Assembly: GCA_043228905.1 (NCBI GenBank) | Contig: JBHGNT010000004.1 | Span: forward strand, 15,376,001-15,440,000 | DNA from: Azolla caroliniana | Lineage: Eukaryota; Plantae; Polypodiophyta | Length of the DNA stretch: 64,000 bases | Direction of reading: 5' to 3' | Part shown: one piece after another, positions 1 through 12,505 of the stretch | Position numbering within the stretch: position 1 is the stretch's first letter | Layout: every line of letters begins with the position of its first letter | Program-made: the position numbers and the translations under genes | The notes under the pieces: generated by a model | Database searches by the model: none | The model's input: the letters and a program-made list of their open reading frames with translations, nothing else | What the model was told of the DNA's origin: nothing

Positions 1-389
1 GTTGAATAGACCGAACTGTTGTCATTGATCAGGTCCAGCTGTTAAAGTCTGCCAGCTTGTTAGCTTATGTTAATATCTTCAGAATATAAACTGCCAGATA
101 TGAGTTTCTAATCCATATATGTAGTTTAAAATGATCAATCTTAACATTCCTATATTGTGTCTATTTGAACTCAAATAAAGCTTGTAAGGTTGGTATATAT
201 CATTTTGGCATATTACTGAGGTTTCACAGCCTTCCATCTGTGCCTTTTACCAATGTTTTCAACAAATGCATACTTGGTGAAAGTATATTAACTGAAATGT
301 TCTAGTTGTATCATTAAAACATAAAGTCGTAGCAATGTAATTTTCAGTGTATTTTGCATTGATTATTTTTCAAATTAATAAACTTATAG

Positions 390-512
<123 letters not shown>

Positions 513-996
513 TGAGTGTCAGTTCTGTATAAGCTAATTTGGCTGTTTTTTAGATCTCTTATGTTAACTTAGCCCTGCCCAGTTTTGAATCTATAATATT
601 GCCTTTATTCTTGGATTAATACACAAGAATTATTACCAAACTTGAAACTGATTTCCAATGGATGGTGTCACAAGTCTGTCTCTGTAAACCAAACAAGCTG
701 GGTTGTGCATTGTTTATATTATTATTTTTATTCCAAGGGTGCACATGGAAAATCAGGTATTTGAATGTTTTCTAGAAAGGGTCAAGGTTGATGTAGATCT
801 GAAGTAATCATTTCTTGTTTGGTCTAGATCCACCATCTTGTTCAATGATGCTATGGAGAATAATGTTTCATGTGTATCAACCTTGAACTTCTAGGAGTTG
901 ATGGCTGCTCATTTCCTGTTCTTTTGATACTGTCGTGTTGATTAAACAGTTCTAGGGTGATCTTTTTAAAACTGTAATTCTTCTTGCAACGTTCAG

Positions 997-1039
997 ATAT
1001 GCCGATGCTAGTGGTGCTGGAAAAGATGTTTACGAATTT
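997..1039 (+). CDS. CCT: CCT internal exon
   Basis: cag|...|gtaag; YADASGAGKDVYEF; phase matches the previous exon. Confidence 0.93.
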
Positions 1040-1117
1040 GTAAGTTCAGGATTAGAATTTAATTAATTTTGCAGTTGGGTTTTATTTCAAAGAAAATTTC
1101 TAATGAATAGATGACAG

Positions 1118-1273
1118 GTTAAGTCTGTTGGTAAATTTAAAGAGACAAAGAGAACTGATGGGATCTCAACTTCTGATATAATTATGCGCATCGTGAAAGA
1201 CTACAATGAATACGTAACTCGAAATCTAGCTCGGGGCTACTCTAGAAAAGATCTGGGTGTGAGTTATGTTAAG
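1118..1273 (+). CDS. CCT: CCT internal exon
   Basis: [52 protein letters not shown], containing the RTxGISTS cytidylyltransferase motif; AG/GT sites. Confidence 0.95.
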
Positions 1274-1443
1274 GTAAGTTGTATTTGCTTGATATAATGC
1301 TTTATGGTAAAAAGCTCACAAAAAATTGAGGAACACACATTACCTATCATTATTTACTTCGCCTCCCTATATGTAGAATCTAGATGGTTATTTTAGCATC
1401 CTCATTAGTCGTTCCTTGATTAGCTGAACTTGTGTTTCTTCAG

Positions 1444-1524
1444 GAGAAACAGCTACGAGTGAACATGGGCATCACAAAACTACGGCAGAAAGTTAAAGAA
1501 CACCAAGCGATAGTAGGACAAAAG
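1444..1524 (+). CDS. CCT: CCT internal exon
   Basis: EKQLRVNMGITKLRQKVKEHQAIVGQK; cag|...|gtatg. Confidence 0.9.
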
Positions 1525-1849
1525 GTATGCCACACTTTTTCTTTTCTTTTCAAAGTTGAATATTGTACTTTTACCTTGGTTGATTAGTGAGCAAGTTCAC
1601 GTGACATATCTGCATTAAGAAATGTATATATTAATAAAATTTTTCCCATATGCATCACTCAAATCAAATATGAATGGAAGGAAGAAACCAAAATGCTTGA
1701 GTTTTGATTATTTTCCTAACACCCATGGTCAATAGAAAAAGAGCATGATTCCTTAAATGGAACATATAATTGAGGAAAAAGGAAGAAATGCTATAGTTCA
1801 TTAGATGGCACATATAATTGCTCTTTTGAGGGCTGATCAGGGTCATAGG

Positions 1850-2480
1850 TGTAGAAAAATCAGTAGATTAGGAAAAACGAGTTCGTGATTACAAAGATGT
1901 AGAATGGTTTATATAACCAATATGTACAGGTAGATGGAAACCAACAATCACCTAATTAGGTTCACATTATTCTAACTATGTTCACAGCAAAGCTTTCATA
2001 GGATACACATTAAGTGTAACAAACCCCTCTAAAGTTAAAAGGTATGAACTTGAATATCATCACTGTTCAGGTGTTGGAAGAATGCCTGATTCCGTGTGAA
2101 AATATTCAATCTTTTCTCTGGATAGAGCCTTTGTAAAATGTCTGCACCATTTTCAAGATTTGGTACATAGACCAACTTTATCTCTTTAACATGGAATTGC
2201 TCCTGTAATGATAATGCACCTCAATGTGTTTTGTACGTGCATGGAAGACAGAATTCCTTGCAATAGCCAAGGCACTTTGACTATCTGTAAATATACTAGT
2301 AGGAGATGGTTGCTAAAGTGACAAATCAGACAATAATCTCCTGAGCCAGACACACTCTACTGTAACACTGAATGCTGCTCTATATTTGGTTTCATAACTT
2401 GATGATGCCACTTTTGGTTGCTTCTTGCTGAGCTAGGAGACAGAATAATTGTGGATCATGAAACAATTGCCACTGTTTGA
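1850..2480 (-). mobile_element. Decayed Ty1/copia 3' remnant (RNase H, PPT, LTR part) in CCT intron
   Basis: Minus strand reads [27 protein letters not shown]; LTR edge tgtaaca near 2015-2021; a similar LTR segment recurs at about 9680-9848. Confidence 0.75.
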
Positions 2481-2984
2481 GGCATGAGTGTTGTTGTTTT
2501 GCCGACAGCCGACAGACAGAATAGGGCAAACGTTTTACTATTCAGATCGTTCTCTCAAGATGATTGTGGTTGGGGAGATGGGATGTGTCGACACTCACTC
2601 AGAACCTAATCACTTAGAACTCGAACATACGATCCTGATCGATTGCTAGTATAACATAATTGATGTAGCAGAGAATAAGTTTGAACATTCAACACAGTAA
2701 ATAGATAGATAGAGAATAACATAATAGTCAACACAAGAATACTCCAACTACCAAAAATTATATTAAAACCAAAACAGAACGATAATGTTACAATGCTCTC
2801 GGTCCCTTTTTATAGGCGATCTAAGAGTTTTTTCCAAGATCATACACTTGCATGTTCGACAAGAACCTACAGTTATACAAAACTGTCCCATTTCTTAAAT
2901 TACTATATTTTTGTACTCGGCAAAAATTACATTTAAAATCTGTCTTTTCATACTGTTGACTCCGACTCCGACTCCGCTATATTG

Positions 2985-3670
2985 ACATAGGGAAAAGTTG
3001 TGGACAATAGTACAGCCACACAAGCTCATCCACAAAGAACAATCACAACTTTCTTTATCCCCATCACTCCTACTAATGCTACAAGTCAATCAAGGGATAC
3101 ACAAATGGCCTCTTGACAAGGACATAACAAAGGGGTTACAATAGTACAACCACACATGCTCATCCACAAAGAACAATTACAACTTTATTTTGCCCCATCA
3201 CTCCGACTAATGCTACAAGTCAATCAAAGGATACACAAATGGCCTCCTAACCAGGACATAGCAAAGGGGTTACAATAGATTAGGCAATAACAATTTGTCG
3301 TGTATGTAGGCCCTGACCCCATGGATCATGACCGCAACATACTTGTCATCGACAAAGAAAGGCCATTATGTCCTGCCATCATAGGTGCTTCCGTCGCTTT
3401 GGAGACCTTTTCATTCTAGATCGACCTATGCTAGAGATCTTTCAAAGACAAAAGTTATCATATATCTAACTTGAAAATCTCACATGTGCCAAAAACCAAA
3501 TTCTTTCATTTATTTTTATCTTGTTTACTTTTATATTTAGTGAGTAATATTTATTTTATTTTGATTTGTTCTCAAAGATGAGAAAACACTTAAGATATAA
3601 TCTCCTATTTGGTCTTATAGGCCATTTTGGTCTCCTAAATGATGTTAATATATCGTTCTTTCTTTCTTTC
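2985..3670 (+). mobile_element. 5'-truncated non-LTR retrotransposon (RTE/RTEX-like LINE) 3' end with an internal ~134-bp tandem duplication
   Basis: Homologous to 5105-5545 and to the reverse complement of 20533-20790, which is joined to LINE RT; ends GATGTTAATATATC(TTTC)n. Confidence 0.75.
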
Positions 3671-3699
3671 ATCATGGGAAGTTGCGGCATCATTGGTTT

Positions 3700-4115
3700 T
3701 AGAAGGAATGCTATTAGTATCTCGTCCTTGTTGGCCTTTGAACTTAGAAGAGGTAACAAAATCTTGATCACCGCTATTAAGAGCATCCCTTTTTGGTCGA
3801 GATTGAGATTCCTATAAGAGAAGGGGGATTAGCTCATTAAAGTTGAAGCTCTCTTCAACTCTTGTAAGAAGCCTTATGTAGTGCCAAAGCCTTTATATGA
3901 ATCCGGAAAAGTTGTAAGAACTTTAGAAACTAATTGGTTATTTGAAATCACTTCATCAATGTTGAGTAATTGTTCCTTACAGACTTTGATCATTATCAAG
4001 AATGCATCCATGGAATCACCTTCTTGTATCTTGTCTCTTGAAGTTGCCGCTTGAGCATAGCAACTCTTGCTCTGTTCCTTTTAGCGTATAGATTCTTTAA
4101 CACATCCCAAGCACT
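3700..4115 (-). mobile_element. Ty1/copia gag fragment
   Basis: SAWDVLKNLYAKRNRARVAMLKRQL; similar to the gag of the 14727-19873 element. Confidence 0.65.
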
Positions 4116-4579
4116 GTTATCCGTGGGACAGTAGGAACAAAGTATGAAAAGAACCGCGAAGGACAAAGTGTGAAAGGGATGCGTAGGACGAATGTGAAAA
4201 GACCAAAAGGAGCCAAACACTAGCAGCCGAAGGTAGAAGCCGATTGTCAGGAGGGAGTAGTTGGAACACACTGAGCTAGGAGGTAGCTATATAATCGAGA
4301 AGGAGCGAACACAGAAGGGGATTAAAATAGGAGGAAGCAGAGAAGATATTGAATAAGAATCCCCAAGAGCAGACTAAGCCTAGATCTGGATTAGAATAGA
4401 GTGAGTGAGTGTTACCGATTTTACTTGGTACTGTACTGTGTTGTAGTGTATGCAAGTATAATCGCATACATATATATTTTGTGGCCATAACGGTGCCCAC
4501 CCGAGGCACATGCACTCGGCTACCGTCCCAACGTGCCGCCCAAGCAGAAGGCACTTCTGACTCAACCCTCACAGAGCAA

Positions 4580-4804
4580 TCACCTTCAAATTGGTACCAA
4601 CCCGTCTACTATGCCAACCAACGTCTCTCAGTTGCCGAAAGAAATTATTCGACCATGGAGAGAGAAGCGCTCGACATGATCTACAACATTACCAAGTTTC
4701 AGCTCTACTTTCTCGACCGAAAATTCACATTCCATGTCGATTACTCGGCCCTGTTATACTTGGTAACAAAACAATCGCTGACTGGAAGGTTGGCTAGATG
4801 GATG
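4580..4804 (+). mobile_element. Ty3/gypsy RNase H fragment
   Basis: QPVYYANQRLSVAERNYSTMEREAL...FTFHVDYSALLYL...GRLARW. Confidence 0.8.
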
Positions 4805-6110
4805 TGTAGGGATTTAGTCCCTTCTATTGATGAGAAAGATTGACTATGTAATTGACAATATCGTGGAAAGACATAAACACAACAAATGCATAGAATACAC
4901 AATTTTACGTGGAAACCCTAAACGAGAAAAAAAATCACGGGAGAACAGATCTTCACTATACAGTGGATATAAAAGACGATGAGATTACAACACTCTCGCG
5001 TCGTAGAGTGTAATAGCCTCACAGGGCTCTTGATGTCTAAGCTCACACAGTTATGGCATCGCTCACTCACACTCACACACTCTCTCTCTACCCCCTGTAT
5101 ACAGAAATGGGATACATACCAAGATATAACAAAGGGGTTACGATTGATCGGGCAATGGCAATTTGCCGTGCATGTAGGCCCCGGCCCCATGGACCACGAC
5201 CTCGACACCCTTGTCATCGACAAATAAAAGCCATTATCTCCCGCCATCGTAGGTGCTTCCCTCGCTTCGGAGACATTTCCATTCTGGATCGACCTATAAT
5301 AGAGATCTTTCGGAGACAAAAGCTACAATATACCTAACTTGAGAATCTCGCATGTGCCAAAACCTAGATTCTCTCGTCTCTTTTCTTTTCATCTTATTTA
5401 CTTTTATATTTACTGTGTAATATTTACTTTATTTTGATTTGTTCTCAAAGACGAGAAAACATTTAAGATGTAATCTCTTATTCGGTCTTATAGGCCATTT
5501 TGGCCTCTTAAAAGACGTTAATATATCTTTCTTACTTTCTTTCTACACTATCGCGCTCTACACTATTCTGTTCTACACATCACTCTCTTTGCCCTAAGTG
5601 TATTTATACTTATACACTGTATGGGCTATTTACAAATGTAGCCACTACTACTGTCATTACTATTATAGCGATAATAGTTAATCAGCTGACGGGGTTCGAC
5701 TAGTCGACACCAGTGTCAACTGTCCAGTCGGCCTTATCTTCGACCATCTGGTCAGCCTGACTAGTCAGTCGTGTCTTTGACTTGGACTCTCCCACTGTCG
5801 ACTCTCTATGTCTTCGACTGTCGGCTCTCGGCACGACCAGTCAGCTGCACCATAGGAGGGACATATTCCTAACAAACTCCCCCTTCATTCCTATGGGTGG
5901 AGTCGGTTAGTCCTGTCCTTTGTTGATAAACTTTGAGTTTGTCCATCGGTAGGTTCTTTGTCAGCATGTTGGAGATTCGTCTTTCTCCTCTTTCGGGAGA
6001 GTCGTCAGTATGGATCTTTACAAGGGTAAACTCTTCTTCTTCAACCTTCTCCTGCAACCAGTGATACCTCCTATGTGTATGTTTGGTCCGGGAGTGATAC
6101 GCAACATTCT
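4805..6110 (-). mobile_element. Tnt1/Tork-like copia 3' LTR (4805-5874, interrupted by a LINE end) plus PPT and RNase H C-terminus
   Basis: tgtaggga...ttcctaaca termini; PPT aactccccctt at 5875-5885; minus strand encodes YHSRTKHI...EKVEEEEFTLVKIHT. Confidence 0.7.
5105..5545 (+). mobile_element. 5'-truncated LINE 3' end inserted in a copia LTR
   Basis: Same family as 2985-3670; ends ggccattttggcc...GACGTTAATATATC followed by a TTTC-rich tail. Confidence 0.75.
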
Positions 6111-6511
6111 GTGAGAAAAGATGTTAATAGCAGCAGCGGAAGAGTTAGAACAAAATAGACACAACTAAGCTGTGAGAAGGCTGCTAGACAGCATTAGAAA
6201 AAATGGTTGCAAAGAGTAGAGACACAGTCAAAGAGTTGTACGTGTTTGTAAGTAGTAACAGAAAATAATCTGATTACAAAAGAGACTGGTATAAGCCTAT
6301 TTATACAAAATTGGCAATGGTTGTTTGGTAGTTAAGAGACTCTTGTACTACCAAACGGGTACAATAAACTAGGAATAAAAAGGGAATATCTTGGAAAAAG
6401 CGGAAGAGGGAAAAAGGCTTTTAAAGTGTTGCAGATTCTAGAAAGAGAAGGCATTTAAAGAGTAGCAGATTCTAGAGAGACAAGAATCTAGGAAGAGAGA
6501 GAATGTAGTAC

Positions 6512-7500
6512 AGAAAGAAAGAAAGAAGGATATATTAACGTCTTCTAAGGCCAAAATTGGCTCGGTTATGGTTAACACTTTGTAGCTTATTCTCTCTATG
6601 TTGTTTTAGCTGTAAGATATACCTACCTAGTCTCTTTACATCCGGGGTATCTAATAGTTTGGAGAGGGTGGGAGAGGGTCCTAATATGTCTTGGTATTCT
6701 ACCCTTATCTCGGCATAGGTTGGACACTTGCATGTTAAGTGATACTCATCCTCTATCTCTATGTGACATAATCTACATAGCCTTTCCTCTCTAGGGACTC
6801 TATTAGCCCGACCATTCTCAATCTCAACTTGGTGAGATGATATCCTAAGTTGTCCAATGGCCACCCTTAGTGTATTTGATAAGAAGGTATCTAGATATCT
6901 TGGTCGTGTTATAAAACCTAACTTAGAGAAGTGTAAGAAGTGTTCCTTATGGTACAACATTGTAGATGGGAGTGGCTCTCGTGGAGTGATCCATTTATAT
7001 CGAGTGTAAATTTGCCATATTTCTTGGTGTATCACTTTATTACGGTCTTCATGAGAGATTAGAGTTTGATTAGTCCCATGGTTGTACTTAAGGGTAGGTA
7101 GGTTATTAATGTCTATGTCGTTTGCAAGTAACCAACTCACCACAGTGCCATACCAAGAGCTAGTGTCTCCAGACGCATGTAGGGATCGGGATGCCTCAAA
7201 GGCTTGACAGGATTCCTATCTTGTGGTTGGCTATGTATCCGATGAATAAAAACTACAACTTGAAAAAGTGTTTCTACTAACATCGGGGGCAAACTGAACT
7301 CTCCTCTAATAATGTCATGTGGTACTATCGATTTGCTTTGGTTTTTAAAGATTGCTTAAAGTGTGCAGCACTTCATTAGAGCTTGTTTGGGGTGGACTCA
7401 AGTTTAGATCTTATTTGTATGTCTAAACCTAAGTAGTGATATAGTTTTAGGGGAATAGAAAAGCGAGGGCGAGGGCGTGGGTGGGGGGGGCTAGGGGAGT
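6512..7500 (-). mobile_element. RTE/RTEX-like LINE, post-RT region and 3' end
   Basis: ORF 6535-7143 with QLRISSHQVEIENGR..PREERLCRLC...EDEYHLTCKCPTY zinc motif; terminal GACGTTAATATATC(TTTC)n. Confidence 0.85.
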
Positions 7501-8025
7501 GTAGCTTGTTTAAGATATCAAAAGTATTTAAACCTAATCAAAGTTTTTAGAACATATTAAAGATCATTGGGATAACTTAAGTTATTAAACACCAATAGAG
7601 TATTATTAAAACACCAATATAGAGTATTATTAAAACGGGACCATACGTTTAGATGAAAGGGAGTTGTTTAAACACACGCTTAAACAAACACTTAAAAGAA
7701 AGATTATTATTAAAAAAAGAGAGATTGAAATTAAAAAATGATTATGGTTAAGAAGGGATTATGATGAAGGGGGAAGGGGTTGCTTAAACAAAGTACTTAA
7801 ACGAATGTTTAAACAAATACTTAGATAAGAAAACACTTGAGCAAACACTTAAAGCAAGGTTATGATTAAAAGAGAAGGGAGGGATTATGATTAAAGAAAA
7901 GGGGTCATGGCGAAGAAGAGGATGATTATGATTAAGAGAGGAGAATACTTAAACAAATGTTGAAACAAAAAGTTAGACCAAAAAATGATTGAACAAGTAC
8001 TTAAAAAAAGGGGTTAAACAAGTAC

Positions 8026-8830
8026 TTAATAAAAAATGATTATTAAACAAGGTTGGTTGGGAGATAGGGACTCATACCACTCCTGGGCCCTTGAGTAGAA
8101 AGTTGCCACCAACAAGGGAAGTTTCACTATGTCCTTCACCTTCCTGATTGAAACCGCGTGATGCTTGAAGGATGCCAAAAAAGCTCTTGCATCCTGAACG
8201 CCATCACCTGCGAAGGCAAATTGAAAAGCCATATCCACATAATACTACGACACAATCAATCTTCCCAAGATGCGAAAAAGATCGGCCCTCCCTGGAGCGC
8301 CAAAAATGATAGAGAGATGATAGAAAGACGAGAGAAGGAAGATATATAGATCCAAAACCACAAAGATCTATTGATAATGAATAATCAGGATGGAAGGAAG
8401 AGAGAAAGAAGATACATAAATCCAAGTCTACAAAGATATATGGATAACAACACAACCACACTACATGAATAGGCAAGAAAAACACCACAAGAAGTAGACT
8501 CCGCCCTCACTACCTTACTCTTCTTCCTTTATATAAAAGTCTTCTCAACTAGATAACTTTCCCTTGCTTTCTTTTTTACGCTTTTTTACGCTTTTTTACG
8601 CTTTTTTACAAATAGCTCTCTTCATAAGCTTTCTAACCCATATTTGAACAGGATGTTTGACTTCCAAATGAATGAGTTATTAGCGTTCGTTGTAGACAGT
8701 GTTTTGGTGGCCCGCTTTTTTTTTTCTTTTACTTTTCTCCAACTTTCTTGCTTTTAGTTTGACTTATCCTCCAAACCTTAGCTCGTGTTCTTGGCCTCCG
8801 GATGTGAATGCTCCATACCTTATATTTTTG
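8026..8830 (-). mobile_element. Decayed LTR-retrotransposon 5' remnant (gag-like start and LTR-like sequence)
   Basis: FAGDGVQDARAFLASF...RAQEWYESL resembles the Gypsy gag N-terminus; boundaries approximate. Confidence 0.4.
8571..8610. repeat. 10-bp tandem repeat (CTTTTTTACG)x4
   Basis: Seen directly. Confidence 0.9.
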
Positions 8831-8877
8831 TAGTGTCCAATACCTTGAATTCTAAAATCACTTTCACACCTCTTTTC

Positions 8878-9480
8878 CATGCTGTTTTACTCTCTTGTCC
8901 TAGAAACAAGCGATACAAATGATTTTCAAATTTAGCCAAATACAATCTCTTCTTCTTCCTCACGAGGCGTTGGAAGGTTGCTCTCGCTTGGTTGTGTGTA
9001 TAAATGCCCCGAGTTACATCACGCTGCAAGCATCTCCTTGTATCACGGCATTCCTCATCATACCAACTATTTTGTATTACTGTACCGAGTTTGGGGGGAT
9101 TGGCCGTTGTGTGAGGGAAGGCATTTGTGGCTGCTTTATGCAATGATTTGGATAAACCTTGGGTAAGTTCTTCAAGGGGCGCGAAAGGATCCAAATCTAG
9201 CATGCCATTGTATACACCGCAACTATACACATCAATTGTCTCGTGAGTGAATAGATACGTAGCCAGCCCACTCTCCTTAGCATATACATCCTTTGTGCAT
9301 CCATCCTTTACCTCAAATCGTAGATATGCATGATCAGCTGCCAAGCGAATAGGTCTTCCTGATATAGTGAACACTTTTATTTCAGGTATAAGAGATGGAG
9401 ATCCCATTAGATAATCGACTGTGCTTGCACCCCCTTTTGGGTTCCAACATGTCAAAGCATCTGATCCAGGCCATTGTGAC
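8878..9480 (-). mobile_element. LINE fragment: APE endonuclease C-terminus and linker
   Basis: TCWNPKGGASTVDY...AADHAYL (STxDY/SDH-type motifs) followed by SWYDEECR linker. Confidence 0.8.
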
Positions 9481-10164
9481 AAGCCATTATATAGAAGGAA
9501 AAAGATAAATAGAAATATCTTTTTTGTATGCCTATTAGGAAGAATACGGCATCTTCTTAGAAGTAAATGTTTTATTCTATTAGGAAGAATGGGATAGAAG
9601 AAGTAATCTACCATTTGTGGAAAATACAGGGATCATCTTAGATTAACTCTTAGGCACAACAAGATCACATAGAAGACTAAGGAAAAAACAGTAGATAAAG
9701 AAAACGAGCTTGTGATTGCGAAGATGTAGAACAGTTTATATAACAAATATCTACGTGTAGCTGGAAACTGAATAGTCATCTAACTAGGTTCACACTATTC
9801 TAAATGTTCAGACCAAATCTTTCATAGGATACATATTAAGTGTAACAATATGGTAAAGAATGATAATAACTAAGGTCCTGAGGGTGATTTGGAATTTTTC
9901 CTGTCTACCTAAAAATTATTGGCTGGTTTAAGCAGTTGGGATTCTTTTGGGCAAGCATATAGCTAGAACTTACATAATTATGTAATCCACCTAATATAGC
10001 CGAACTTGGATACAAGAAATTAACAGGAATCATGTCTGCAGACATTTTTGATTGTAACATACAATTATTGTTCTTTGTTTATGCTGTCACTCTCACTCAA
10101 AATAGCAGTAGTACTCAGATTTCTTTCCTTGAAGCATATTAATGTGAGCTTGTATGTATGGCAG

Positions 10165-10275
10165 CTCAATACTGTTGCAAAGACTGCAGGCATGCATCAT
10201 AGTGAATGGGTGGAGAATGCAGATCGTTGGGTTAGTGGTTCCCTTGAGAAATTTGAAGAAAAGTGCCATGTGATG
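10165..10275 (+). CDS. CCT: CCT exon (membrane-binding region) after an 8.64-kb intron
   Basis: [37 protein letters not shown]; EWVENADRW is typical of plant CCT; phase 0 at both ends. Confidence 0.92.
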
Positions 10276-10649
10276 GTAATGCTTTATCACTCTTCGTATA
10301 TAGTTATTTTAAACGAAGACTGCTTCATAAATAACTGGATAACACTATAAATGAAAGAGCATAAAAATAAGTGGATGAAAAACAGTGGTTTTTCGTACTG
10401 GGGGATAGAGCATCCCCAGAATGGATACTTAATGTTTTAGTATGACCTATGTATCACGCAGTGAGATTTGAAAGCGCCTATTTCGTGAGTGTTGAGTGAA
10501 AGTTGTAGAGTAACAAAATTAAAATGTAACGTATCTACCTCGTATACATATTATATTGATCAGGTTACTATTTGAGAAATTTCATGTGTATTGATTTGTT
10601 GCTTTTATTTATCAAGATTAGGAATGCGTCTTTTGGTTTCATAATGCAG

Positions 10650-10739
10650 GAAAGTGCAATTAGGTTGAGGATCCAAAACGGGTTCATTAGGAAGCAGCAA
10701 CAAAAGAGGCGTCCTTCTACAAAGTTACTTGGGAAATAG
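10650..10739 (+). CDS. CCT: CCT terminal coding exon
   Basis: gcag|ESAIRLRIQNGFIRKQQQKRRPSTKLLGK*, resembling the plant CCT 'TAIRDRIQ' segment. Confidence 0.8.
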   Translation, partial: ESAIRLRIQNGFIRKQQQKRRPSTKLLGK

Positions 10740-11431
10740 TGAAACAGCTATCTAAGGTTCTAAGCATTTGTAAGCATTGTTCTTTTTCTGAATGAACCTT
10801 CCTGTATTTTAATCATTTCATTGAGGTGTATTGAGCCACTTGATACCAGTCTTCCTTCAAGATAGGTCATCAGTTCTCACTGAAATTAACGTCCCTTTCT
10901 TGCAGTTCCAGATATTTGAATTGTAAGTACATATACCTTCCTAAAATAGGAAAAAGGAGTTGCAACACATTATTATTTTATTTTTTCATATTTCCACTGT
11001 ATATTCATCTTCAATGTCTGTTGCATTATTAAATATTACGTTAACAAATCTCATAGGAAATTTGCCTAAAAGGAATTCACTAATTGCTTTTAATTTCAGT
11101 GTTTAGAATTTAACATAGTTTTGTGAGCCATTTTTTACTGTAACAAGAATCACTTGATTGACTGGTACCCTGGCCATATTATAATTTGTATACTTTCTAT
11201 CCTAAACTAAGATGAATGGGTCCTAAGTATAGAGCACTTTTAGAGCTCTCCATGGAATGATGACTAAAATATACTTGAAAAGCATATTATCATGTATGAG
11301 ACTAGAACTTTGAAGATAGCAGATTATTTCAACTGTTGGTAGTACAAGTTGCAAATGTCACTTGATCAAACATAAGTTTGAAGCTTGTAAATTGTTCTCT
11401 AATTGGATTATACTATTTCAAATTGTGACAT

Positions 11432-11645
11432 GGATCTTTAACCACTCATCATCAAACCTAAGACATTTTGTTACTCTATATCGAACTAGATACTAACAAG
11501 TCACATAATCCCTCAGTGGTTGTCAGACCTTTAGTTTAGGGATCTTTAACTAATCATCAAACTGAAGACATTTTGCTACTCTATATTGGACCAGATACTA
11601 ACCAGCAACATAATCCCTGAGTAGTTGTGAGACCTTTAGTTTAGG
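11432..11645. repeat. ~107-bp tandem duplication between the two convergent genes
   Basis: ggatctttaac...gacctttagtttagg occurs twice with scattered mismatches. Confidence 0.85.
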
Positions 11646-12505
11646 AGTGTTATCCCACAAGAGGGGTGAAAAACACATGGCCACATGCCCAGTGACGTGG
11701 TTTAGACTGCCAAATGATTTGGCCTATAAGTAAAAACATGGACAACACTACATCCAACAAGTTAAACAAATAAATGAAGACATCTTTGCTCAGTCAATTA
11801 AAAAAGAAAATGTGCTTTGATGAGACTCCACCTTTGGCCCAAATTCATAAAAGCAAGCAGTTATATGACAGCAGTTGTTGCTATACTAAAATCCCCTTAT
11901 ATTTCTCCAAATAAAATGAGTCAGAATGATAAGATGGTGCCTTCCCTTAGTGCTCTCCTAGATGTTAAAACCAATAAAAAAGCAAGGTACATACAAGTTA
12001 ATGCTAAATACTTTAATTGAATTTGAAAACCAATAAAAAAGTGAGGTACAACTTAATGCTAAAGTAATAATGCTCCTTTTTTGGCAAAAAAAGAGTATTA
12101 TACATGATTGGGAGAATGTTTCTGTGTACACAAAAAAGTGAAACACAAGTAGCCAAATGCATAGAAAGCGAATGAATACCTGATAAAAAAACTTGATTAA
12201 GAACCCAGTTAAGTTGAACAATAAATAAATATATAAAGAGGATGCCAATTAAAAATGACAAAGCACCTAGCAATTCATAGTCATAAATATTAAACTTGAA
12301 AATTAAGAATGCTAAGATACAGTTCTCCAAAGATACTAATTTTCCGTTCTTGATTGCAAGCTGATAGGAGACTGCTGTAAATATGCCCTCCCTAGGTTTT
12401 AATACTGTCTGAATGTAGATGATTTTCTTTTTCCAAGGAGAAAATTCATGCAGTCACCTAAATCTCTGTGGGTTAGAAAGTTGTCGTCAAGAACTCCTTG
12501 GCCAG

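Noticed and set aside
7500-8030. Possible gene or structured RNA in the AT-rich ACTTAAACAAA/GATTATGATT repeat tract
   Set aside because: Low-complexity decayed TE-internal sequence with no supportable frame or structure.
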